Assembly (NCBI GenBank): GCA_051294905.1 | Contig: CM119383.1 | Location: forward strand, 17,856,001-17,920,000 | Direction of reading: 5' to 3' | From: Botryllus schlosseri | Lineage: Eukaryota | Length of the DNA: 64,000 nt | In this document: piece after piece, positions 54,601 to 64,000 of the stretch | Position numbering within the stretch: the first letter of the stretch is position 1 | Layout of the letters: each line of letters opens with the position of its first letter | Notes under the pieces: model-generated | Seen by the model: the letters and a program-made list of their open reading frames with translations, nothing else | The model's database searches: none | Told to the model about the DNA's origin: nothing | Made by a program: the position numbers and the translations under genes

Positions 54601-55265
54601 ATATGAAATTAGCTCGCGGGTCACGCAAAACCCTCTCGCTGGCCACATTTGGCCCACGGGTTGGCCACCCCTGATATGGACAGGCCCATTCGATAATTTC
54701 AGAGCCGGAGCCGGAGCTGGAGCAGGAGCCGGAGCAGTGGTAATAATGCGGCTCCGGAGCTGGAGCCGGAGCTAATGTATGATAGAAGAGAGCTCCGGAG
54801 CCGGAGCTGGAGCAGTTTAAATCTACGGCTGCTCCAAAGCCCTGGTTTGACCGACGATTTTTGAAGCCCGAGAAATCCGGGAGTAGGCTATGTTGTCCAA
54901 TAAAACTCAAAACATTGGTATGAATAGTACAGATCACAGGCTTTCTATTAGTACCAAAATGGATGCTCAGTGAGCATTACTCTGTGAGTGACATTGAAAT
55001 ATCAAAAAAGTGTCTCATCTTGGATCTTGGCCTCCTCTTCAGGTCAAAGACTGACAGTGACACAACACAAAAAACAATTACCTTTTGAATTTGGGTTCAC
55101 ATTTTTTTCAATCTGACCCTGCGATGGATTGAGAGTCGCCATAGATGATCTTCTTCTCCTGGTTCGAGATGAAATGGAGTAAGTTGATACGATTGAACTC
55201 TTTTTATCTTGACACTCAAGAAGTGCTTCGCTGGCGAATGACGATTTTCTGCGATTCTTTGGCAT
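33607..55265 (-). CDS. HELQ: Helicase POLQ-like (HELQ/HEL308), Ski2-like SF2 DNA helicase, about 1105 aa
   Basis: Exons (high to low): 55265-55082, 52307-52215, 51868-51376, 50642-50561, 49969-49855 (GPFYGLP), 48487-48309 (Walker A LPTSGGKT), 47260-47120 ([12 protein letters not shown]), 45818-45683 (DELH), 44771-44566 (GMTATL), 44500-44358 ([11 protein letters not shown]), 43790-43662 (GVAYHH), 43379-43266 ([14 protein letters not shown]), 42309-42177 ([10 protein letters not shown]), 42117-42001, 40059-39855, 39208-39033, 38885-38724, 38244-38071, 37253-37125, 33871-33752, 33693-33607. All phases are consistent and the total is 3318 nt. Motif order matches vertebrate HELQ as I recall it. 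The first exon is the least certain. Confidence 0.95.
34328..36713. mobile_element. 2.4 kb non-autonomous hAT-type element in a HELQ intron
   Basis: TIRs CATAGGCGCCGACTT / AAGTCGGCGCCTATG; perfect TSD GCCGTGAA; contains a decayed copy of the 51 bp repeat MITE at about 36050-36420. Confidence 0.85.
40424..41256. mobile_element. Tc1/mariner (pogo/Tigger-like) MITE with internal 51 bp repeats
   Basis: TA-flanked TIRs CCGTAATTTTCC / GGAAAATTACGG; GGGTGCGTATTATACATGGG repeated subterminally; second copy at 60074-60790. Confidence 0.8.
42371..42783. mobile_element. GACTCGAGTC-family MITE (several copies in the window)
   Basis: Ends CAGGGTG / AACCCTG; TSD GAAGAAAT / GTGGAAAT; homologous copies at about 18930-19080, 52430-52890, 58280-58745 and 62454-62660. 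Confidence 0.65.
53559..54844. mobile_element. hAT-type element with (GGAGCC)n subterminal arrays in HELQ intron 1
   Basis: TIRs CAGGGCTTTGGAG / CTCCAAAGCCCTG; perfect TSD GTTTGACC. Confidence 0.9.
53986..54673. mobile_element. Buster/Charlie-like hAT element nested in 53559-54844
   Basis: TIRs CAGGAATGGCCAACC / GGTTGGCCACCCCTG; TSD ATATAGAC / ATATGGAC; homologous to 29927-30636. Confidence 0.85.
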
Positions 55266-55809
55266 CTTGAATCACTGCGATAGTCAAACTTTGACGCTAA
55301 TATTATTAACCATCAACTTAGTCAGCTTAATGAATGCTGACCACAATCCCACTCCCACGTACGCAACACCATCGACAGAAATCACTTGTTATTATTGGGG
55401 ATCTCCCTAGATTTGATTTCCCGCTTGGTCATTCATGCGAATCTAGCATGGCTCTTATATTGTCACATTGTAGAGACTGTAGAATGAGTCACTTCCAGAG
55501 GTGATCAGCAACGAAGTACTTCTACGTTTTCGAAGTACTCAAATAGTTTTCCTCCACTTCTGGTACTTACTCAAGTAGATCTGATTTTCGCTACTTCTAC
55601 TTCTACTTCATAATATTTGTGATCTACTTACTTACTTTTCGCTATTTTCGGTTTGTCAAGTAGAAGTAGTTTAATCCTCGTAACGGGAAGATAGCCTGAG
55701 GAGTTTCGGGGCTGTTTTCACGGAGCATCAACATTTAATTTTTATGAAATTTGTTTATGGCCAGAATTTTCGTGTCGCTTCGCGCGCAGTGGGTACGGGG
55801 TAACCCGTA

Positions 55810-56051
55810 TGATATCACTATGGTATCAGTGAATATTCTTAATTTTTTATTCCATAACTGCCGACTTATAGCACGGCCCACTTCTAGGCTTTTTGTAAGA
55901 TACCGCTTTCGCGGATGAGGGGATGAGGAGGAGCCTAGATAAACCACCATCACTTAGGTATAGGAATTCTGAAGTCGACCTCGGTTGGATTCGAAGCCGC
56001 AACCCATTGGTGTTGCAGCCGCAGATTATATCACTGCGCAATCTCGCCACT
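55810..56051 (-). mobile_element. tRNA-derived SINE, near-complete copy upstream of HELQ
   Basis: Minus strand reads AGTGGCG..GGCTTCGAATCC (B-box-like), then the body shared with 4998-5141/8076-8180 and 22140-22310. Confidence 0.6.
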
Positions 56052-58907
56052 TCATCATAACGTCTGAAAGTGATGTTTCGCAATCTAGCATTTACTTATC
56101 ATATCGTTATCTAGCAGTCCATGGCGTGCCCTAATCTGGAAAAGTGGACTCTGACTCTTTTTGGTTTTAGAGTTGTTTTAGCATACCAACCTTCGAAACT
56201 TTCTGGACTAAAGACACGAAATGAATGTTCCGCTTTTAGAAGTAGTATTTATATTTCACTTACAATTCATTGTTGAGTTCTAATCAATATCAGTTCTTTT
56301 TTTGATAACATAGAGGTTGTAGTATAAAAGCAAGTGTGGTAATGCCATTAATTTTCGGAAATAAAACTACACATATGGCATTTTTACGATCTACCATATT
56401 ATTTATTAATGTTTACTTATCTCGCAAAGTGTTTACACCGTATCCTATACAACTTTTCCGTATTGCTCTTCGTCCAAACCAGTGGTTCTTAACCTTGCCT
56501 CCAGCGCCCCCAAGGGGCGCTTGGCGATTTTGAAGGGGGCGATATGGGGGCGCTAAGAAAAACGGCTTCGCAGTAGATGATATAGAATAAAAGTAGGACA
56601 TATCCTTAATGAGTATTCAGAGCAAATTAACATTCCACAAAACATGTCAAATCACAAAATTTTCGGTCGTGCAGCGCGACGATGTATGCTACATATGTTT
56701 TCATAAATGCAGTGGGTTATTATGATTCATGTAGAATGAATTGCGCGCACTTTTAGATCGCCAAATTCCCGTTAAAACACTGCAGTTACGCCTGCTAGTG
56801 TTATTTTGAACAAAATGTTTCGAACTAGGTATTATATCCTGCAGCACACAGCGTGTGGAAATCGAAAAAGGAGACACCGTATATCACTTTTGAGAGTGAG
56901 AGCCCCTTGTATATAAAATATGTTTTGAAGCTTTGTGCCGAAAGAATACTAACTAAATATACTCGTATTTGAGAGCTACAAAATTTAATCGTCAGAATAT
57001 TTCTTCATCGTATCATTACGGATGATACTATCTAGTGTTGTGGTCCACAACCTCACATGAACGTTGTATGAGTTGCTTTGTTTCGAATACATGAAAAACT
57101 TTGCAGTACCCAAATATTGATTGGCTGGTTTGTAACCAAGTAACGAGGCTCCGAGTCACAAGTTTTTCTCTAAGTTTAACTCTTGAGCAGTGATTCCCAA
57201 ACCATGTGCCGCGACATGATACTGCGCCTCCGCCCTCCATATATTCTCGGGTTTGTGACAGAGGTGGTCGAAGTAGTCAAGAAAGCTACTCAAGCAGAAG
57301 TAGCGACGGAAAAATCTACTCAAGTACGAGTAGAAGTACTTCGACACTCGACGATTCTCTACTAGTTGCTGAGAGTGACGATTACCCCTGACGAATGTCA
57401 GCGGAAAATATCCGGGTTCATTTCAATATGAATATACTATGCATTTGTATATTCATGTTCTGTACCTCCAAGAAGCTCTTCCACAACTCCAGGTTTCAAG
57501 CGTCATCCTACAACCTAACATCGACAAAAAGTTGTTTTGTTTATTCACACAAGCGACGTTGGCGCTTACGGCTTTTCAGGTTAATATATTTCATAAGCCT
57601 CACGCTACACATTGTTACCAAGTCACAACTCTATACGAATCTCGGGCATCTCACTGCCTATAGGTACAAAATCGCACAAGACAATTTCCATTCAAATGTC
57701 ATTGTAGGCTACTTCACTGTGGCGCATCAAGATTAAGTCTTCGCAGTCGTTCATGTGTGTACGTACGTACAATAAGCATCGCTGGCTAGGAATTCTGTAC
57801 GTTATGATCGATCGGTTAAAAATCTCAATATTGCATGCCGAATGACAGTACATGGAGGGCGTTGGCGACGATTTCAAAGTGAATACCAGTACGTCTTGTA
57901 CAAGATCGGGTGACGTGACCTCGTACAGTCAATTAGTCATATCTCTTCTTTTTCGTGCATAAATATAGATTATTTAATAATAACTTTCCCACACTACCCC
58001 TTTTGCTTGCGTCCCGCTGTGCACGCGATTCACGGTAATTGGCTGCACCGATTATACGTATTGCTGGACTTCTAACAAGCTCAAAAACACAAAAGATACA
58101 GTCGACATATCTAATGGACGGGTTTCAAGTGGGTGAGGTTTCGACCCCCGAATCCCACCCCTTGGCTACGCCTATATAAAACAAGATCATTCAATGCTTC
58201 AAACGTTGTTTTTTAACATCAGGACACGAACGAAACCAGAAAAGACAAAACAGATCATTGAATACTGGACACATAAGATGGTAATGACTCGACTCGAGTC
58301 ATTTTTTCAAATGCGTAAAATAACTAGACACGAGTCAATTTGTGTACGACTCGAGTCATTGTGCAGGACTTTAACCAAGTCATAAGTCATATGACTGGAG
58401 ACTAGAACCGCCGAGACAGACATTTCATTGTTAACTTCGAAGAGTAGTAAAGTCATCGTCTTATTGGTATTTCGTCTAACAGTCCTGATACTTGGAAATA
58501 GGACCAGAAACTGCTAGGACTAAGGAAAATTACGATATTAGGAATGCAAGCCATTCTTTATCACTCGAGCAGAATTGAAAAAAGTGGCTTGAAAAGGACT
58601 GAACTTAAAACTGAACATTCAACACAATTACTTTGACTCGGACTAGAGTCACATCACCATATCTCACACTCGGCGGTGAATTGGAAATGACTCGACTTGA
58701 CTCGAGTCAAAACTATGAAAGTGAGATTGACTTGTTACTTGGAACCTTGTTAATAGGTGACCCTGTGGAAACATTGTTTTTTTACCCCAAGAACACGGAC
58801 AAAATCAGAAAAGACAATACTGACCATTCAATACTGGAAACGTTCTTATAGCTAAGAACACGAACGAAATCAGAAAATATCATTCAATAATGTAAACAAT
58901 GTTATTT

Positions 58908-59714
58908 TTATTCATTGTTCTTTTTGGACTTTTTGGTCTTTTTCGACTTTTTGCCGGACTTACGCTTGCGCGACGACTTATCCGTAGAGTCGGCAGGAAC
59001 GGCTACCACGTCCACCAGCCCCGGCTGGTCTGAATTCGCCGAGTCGCCCTCGTGTGACTTCTCCTCGGCTTCGAGCAGCGTCGTCAAGCTGAGAGGAGCG
59101 TTTATGCTGTAACCTTTATATACGATGTCAGCATAATTTTCTATGGTCGGCAGTCGCTGAAATACAATGTGAGCCGGATCTGGGCGCATTTTCATGGCAC
59201 ACTCGGCCGGTTTGTCCATGATGAAGGTAAGCAACCGGAGATGCACCAGCGTCAAGTACAACGCACTGGCAGCCTCGATACCTCTCTTGATGTACTCGTC
59301 TACGAATGGATGATTGCCAGATTGTGTAAGGCTTTGCAGTCTTGCCATTCTGGCTTGAACCTCCTCTCGTGTTAGAGTCTGATGTGCATCTGGATTCTCT
59401 GCATCTATCCAGAGCGGCGAAATCTCGCTAAGGATCTTTTCGATATGCTGCTGGAACGCATTGTGCTTGGGGGGCTCGAGGAGTTCCCTCATTATTGAGC
59501 TTTTGTCGCCAGATTTCAGAAGAGTTTCCACGAGTTCTGACACGGCGACCGCTGGCCGGGTCAGCCACTCGCAAGTGAAAGATTGTAATCTCCGATATAT
59601 TACTTCGTCCGTGATGTCTGACGCCTCCGTAGAGCGACCATAAGGATGCAAGAAATCCTTTGGGAAATGCTTGAAAAAATGTACAGCAGGGTTTTGTTCA
59701 TAGCGATTTGCCAT
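58908..59714 (-). CDS. Intronless 268 aa orphan protein with Lys-rich C-terminal tail
   Basis: ATG-initiated, uninterrupted 807 nt ORF in AT-rich DNA where random ORFs are under 150 aa; visibly higher GC than its flanks; stop codon overlaps AATAAA (GAA TAA AAA TAA). Confidence 0.7.
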   Translation of the reverse strand: MANRYEQNPAVHFFKHFPKDFLHPYGRSTEASDITDEVIYRRLQSFTCEWLTRPAVAVSELVETLLKSGDKSSIMRELLEPPKHNAFQQHIEKILSEISPLWIDAENPDAHQTLTREEVQARMARLQSLTQSGNHPFVDEYIKRGIEAASALYLTLVHLRLLTFIMDKPAECAMKMRPDPAHIVFQRLPTIENYADIVYKGYSINAPLSLTTLLEAEEKSHEGDSANSDQPGLVDVVAVPADSTDKSSRKRKSGKKSKKTKKSKKNNE

Positions 59715-60073
59715 ATTCGATAGACAGAGTATGCACTATGCAGCAGTACCGTTAAGTTTCTGAAAGGCAATGATACCACAGTCACTGAGTGTAATAGTCT
59801 TCCAAAATATAGCAATTTGGCAGGTGGTCGACGATAGTTGGTGCAATTACATGCAAAATACGGTCAGTCCACGCATAATTGCAAATCTGTACCTGGCTGC
59901 GTGCTACAAGTCGGCAGCAGATGCGGAACCAAAAATGCAAAAAAATCGGCCTGGTGTAAATGAACAAAGACCATTGTAGTCGACAAATACCATATACCCC
60001 AAACAAACAAACAAGGTCAGTCGCATGCTGAATACGGTCAGTCCGCGCATCAATAATCCAATTAGGTTATGTA

Positions 60074-60790
60074 CAGTAACTTTTCATGTCTAATGCGCAA
60101 AATTTAACCGATGTTTTATCCTAAAATCGGGGGTGCGCATTATGCATGAGTACAACGAAAGCCTTGAAAAAATCTCCTTCGAAATTTAACTTGAAATCAC
60201 ACCTTCCTTCATGTTTGTTTTCAATGGCGCATCACATTCAGCCATCGTGCCCAGTAATTCGTATTGCCAGTGTTACACGTTGCCTATTAGCGAGAAGCGT
60301 GTTGCCAATTAGCAAGATTCGTCTGCCCGATCTCTTGATGAGTTTATTTGTCATTTGTACGGGAGCGAAATTAGGTTCCTGATTGCTGCCCGCGCGCAAG
60401 GCAATCCTGGCTAATTTATCGCGTCAACGATAGCGGTGAACAAACAATCGCATCTGCAACAGGCCATTAGCGCCAGATATAATCGCTGGCCTAAAAAGTC
60501 GGATCTCCAACAGGCCTGGTGCGCACGATATAATCGTTGGCCCGAGCAATCGTATCGGTAATACGCCTCGTGCGCAAGGTATAATCGCTGGTCTAAACCG
60601 TCGTATCCTCAATACGCCTGGTGCGCATGTTATAATCGTTGACCTGAGCAATCACATCTGCAATAGGCCTTGTGCGCAAGATATCCTCGCTGTCCTGAAC
60701 TATAGCGTGACGGGCCTCGCAGGCTTTGGCTGCTACCTACCTACGTCCTATACAATCGTTTAGAGAGCAGTGCTCTTCAATGTACTCGCC
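60074..60790. mobile_element. Truncated second copy of the pogo-like MITE with five 51 bp tandem units
   Basis: Homologous to 40424-41020; five units of about 51 bp at 60440-60700. Confidence 0.7.
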
Positions 60791-61382
60791 TACAGATAGA
60801 TACGCAGCTCGTGAGTCCCCTCGCGGTAATACCGAGAGCGATTACTTGCTGAGCATGAGCACTGTGCAGTGCATGAACAATTGAACACTGAACAGTGAGC
60901 AGTGAGCACTGAGCAGTCTAAAAGCAGCATAATTGGCAGTCCGACAGCTGGAGGTGGCGACAGGAGCGCTAAAATACAAATAATACTGGCCTGAGTTCAA
61001 AGCTAGCAATCTATACACGACCAAAATTAAGTTAGATGTCGAAACACGTCGTCTCTGCGGATCCAAAGAAATGAAACCTAGTTGAAACTTGAAATACTAA
61101 ACTGGGCTGCAGACGGACTGAAAACACGTGCCAGTCTCACGCTAACGCGACAGCATGTGGTGACTCGTGACTGGCGAATCAAACATGAGTTTGCTTGCGA
61201 AATGTGGCCGAGGTCATGAAACGTCTTGCCGGATAATTTACAGCATTACTGCTATCTGCGGCGCGTAACTGTCGATTTGGGAGTGTCTTATGGTAACCGT
61301 TTTCATACACGCTTTACTGAAGGACCGGTTACGACCATAAAAGCGAACAATAGCCAACTACGCACGCGAACGGACAGTCGGG

Positions 61383-61802
61383 CTATGGAATGTAAACATG
61401 GAACGGCAACGACCGATTTTGCAGCTTCGTTCCGCTTCGCTGAGGCTGGAGTGGAGATTGTTTTGCGTAAGCTACTGTAGGATTTCTGGCAATCCAAAAG
61501 CTATCTTCCCGAGCGCAGAATTTACTGAATCTGGTCTTGGTCGAAAGCTATTGTCGCACTGATTCCAAATATATTTCTAGGTGGATCAGTGACTGATCAT
61601 ATTTAAATTTATATTTTCGGAATCGGTGTAACAGTAGCTTTCGATCAAGACCAGTTTCAGTAAATTCTGCGCTCGGGAAGATAGCTTTTGGATTGCCAGA
61701 AATCCTACAGTAGTTTACGCAAAACAATCTTTACTCCAGCCTCAGCGAAGCGGAACGAAGCTGCAAAATCGGTTGTTGCCGTTCCATGTTTACATTTTAT
61801 AG
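61383..61802. repeat. About 420 bp near-perfect palindrome (foldback MITE)
   Basis: 61383-61570 is the reverse complement of 61611-61802 with scattered mismatches; centre GATCAGT-G-ACTGATC at 61584-61598. Confidence 0.85.
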
Positions 61803-61889
61803 TCGGACAAAGATTAGGTTACGCTTCTGCAACCTGCAACCTATGATAGGTCATAATATGTCTTGCCAGATAACTGGTAGTGGTGAAAG

Positions 61890-62296
61890 TAGGGTTACCA
61901 TACGTCCTCTTTTAAGAGGATTTGTCCTCTTTTTTGACTTTTTTGAAAGTGTCCTCGGAGGACGCCCTTTTGTCCTCTTTTTTGAGATTTTGTCCTCTTT
62001 TTGGAAAATTTAGGTCAGATTTAGAGCAAATTACGCTCCGGCGGGTATTTCGGAGTGAAAAACGGAGATTTTAGCTCTGGGCGGAAAGATGCCCTTTTTT
62101 TTAGTCATCCACCTAGCAATGCGGAAAGAAAAACGGTATTTTGAGCTCTGAGCGGAAAAGATGACCTTTTTTTTTAGTCAAACGATCACAAAGTGGGAAA
62201 ATATCACCGGATTTTGAGAATTCTTCTCCGGTTTTGCAAGTCTCAAATTTCTGAAAAAGTGTCCTCTTTTGAGATTTCCAAAATATGGTAAGCCTA
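61890..62296. mobile_element. hAT MITE (TAGGGTTACCA family)
   Basis: TIRs TAGGGTTACCATA / TATGGTAAGCCTA; perfect TSD GGTGAAAG; related end fragment at about 30790-30897. Confidence 0.9.
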
Positions 62297-62767
62297 GGTG
62301 AAAGTTGTCAGACTAATGACTCTAGATCAGTGCTTCCCAACCCTTTTCAGTTCGTGACCCACTTCTCATCCAAATTTCCTTGTGTGACCTATCAGACCCC
62401 TCTTTCACGATTACCGTTTTAACCACTGCTCGTAGCATCCAGTCGTTATGTTGCAGTGTTGGGATCAAGTCACTACCTTCGAGTCACGAGGTCACGAGTC
62501 AATTCGAGTCATTGCACATTTTGACTCGAGTCAAGTCAAGTCAATCGATTTTCGAAGGTGACTCGAGTCAAGTCAAGTCAGTCGATTTTTGGAGGTGACT
62601 CGAGTCAAGTCGAGTCAAGTCAAGTCAAGTCACGAGTCAAGTCACTATTCAAGTCAAGTTGCCTTTTCGGAATATGAGGCATGATTACATCATTGAATTT
62701 TGCTAGATGTCTGAAATACATATTGAGTGGCCATTGATTCTGAACCGATGAACGGATATAGACATGA

Positions 62768-64000
62768 ATAATTGAATATAGGCTACACGCAACACAGAGT
62801 AGACCAAGTCGCAAAGTACGACGAAGACTCTACTACCTCAAGTTACTGCGTACTCGCCGAGGGGTACAATATCAACAAAAAGACTGGGATCTGCCGGGCG
62901 GCGCCGGGGACCCGAAGCCTCAACCAAGATCACTGAGGATTAGCCTTAAAGCAACAGTTAAACTTGGAACTCTGAACACAAGAACTCTGAACTCTGCGTG
63001 GCGCCAGGAAGAAGCTGCCGCACTTGTGACTGACCTCAAGCTTGATGTGTTGGCAATCCAAGAACATCGCCAGCACTTCACCGAACCATTCCGCGAAAAA
63101 GACCTAGGCGCAGGCATTATCATGGTCCAGTCACCTGCCAACCAAGGCGGAGTTGGAGGCGTCGGTATAATCATGTCCCGGCGTTTTCACGATGAGGCAA
63201 CGATTTGCGTTATAAACAGCCGGATTATTACAGCTAGCATTCAACTCCGTCGCCGCAAACTGCATCTCGTGTGCGCGTATGGACCTACATCTCCGAACAC
63301 CACTGCCTTCCCAGCTGATACGCTCGCCTTCTACGACCAACTAGAAGGTATTATCTCCACCTACCCGCAGCGCGACATAACCATGCTGCTCGGGGACATG
63401 AATGCCACGTTGGCCGAGCGCTCACAGCGAGTTCGCTTCCCAGTTGGCAACGAAAATAGCAACTCTGAACATTTCAGCAATCTACTCGACCGCTGCGACC
63501 TCATTCCTCTCAACGCCAACTTCTCTATGAAGCCGAAACGCAGGACAACATTTGACGGTATGCGCCAACGCAAGACACGGCTGGATTATATCTGCTGCAA
63601 AGCTCCCGCACGGCGCCACTTCACGAACTGCCGAACGGTGCGCATGCTAACGATGAGGAGTGACCATCGAATGGTGTTGGCCACGCTTCGTGAAAGCCTC
63701 CCGTTCGTTCAGAAGCGAACACCGAACGAGCCCCTACCAAATTGGCTTGATCTCAAGGACGCCAATAAGATGAAAGACTTTACCATGCACACAGTCGACG
63801 CCCTCGAGATCCAAAATACTATACCGACCGCCTTTGCGCCACTTGTGGCAGCAGTCAAGAACGCAGCCCGTGAAACGCTCGGTGAGGCACAAAGCAAGTC
63901 ACGGCCAAAATTAGCCTGGGAGTCCGACCCAGCGGTGCTCACTGCACGCCAGAACCTCAAGACTCTCAGACGTGCCGCGTACACCTCTGGAACACTGGAC
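62768..64000 (+). mobile_element. RTE-type non-LTR retrotransposon 5' part: intact APE-like endonuclease ORF, runs off the window
   Basis: Stop-free frame 62768-64000 (absent from the ORF track because it has no stop in the window): GTLNTRTL, LAIQEHR, GGVGGVG, CAYGPT, LLGDMNA, RLDYI, SDHRMV = all the exonuclease-endonuclease-phosphatase motifs. Clade assignment (RTE versus related) is tentative. Confidence 0.88.

Noticed and set aside
54584-54937. 117 aa ORF with APAPAPEP and SGSGS repeats
   Set aside because: Translation of the GGAGCC subterminal array of the 53559-54844 transposon.

Overview
AT-rich animal (invertebrate) genomic DNA with many short 55-65 nt GT-AG introns; this looks ascidian/tunicate-like, but the species cannot be determined from the sequence. 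Host genes: (1) a complete HELQ DNA-repair helicase on the minus strand (33607-55265, 21 phase-consistent exons, about 1105 aa); (2) a convergent plus-strand gene (about 23694-31178) with a 2.6 kb exon, encoding an about 1050 aa acidic disordered protein with a C-terminal membrane anchor; (3) an intronless 268 aa orphan ORF (58908-59714, minus); (4) probable exons of an unidentified minus-strand gene at the left edge. The rest is dense with transposon relics: more than ten non-autonomous hAT-type elements with visible 8 bp target-site duplications (TSDs), often nested, plus Tc1/mariner-type MITEs, tRNA-derived SINEs, R4-clade and CR1/L2 LINE fragments, and an RTE-type LINE with an open endonuclease frame running off the right edge. 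The most striking structures are a 2.1 kb hAT element inserted in reverse into a near-identical copy of itself (a 'double-Ds' configuration, 13722-17934) and a minimal Penelope-type hammerhead ribozyme motif in an intron (29331-29373). All coordinates and translations were read by hand; no database searches were run.
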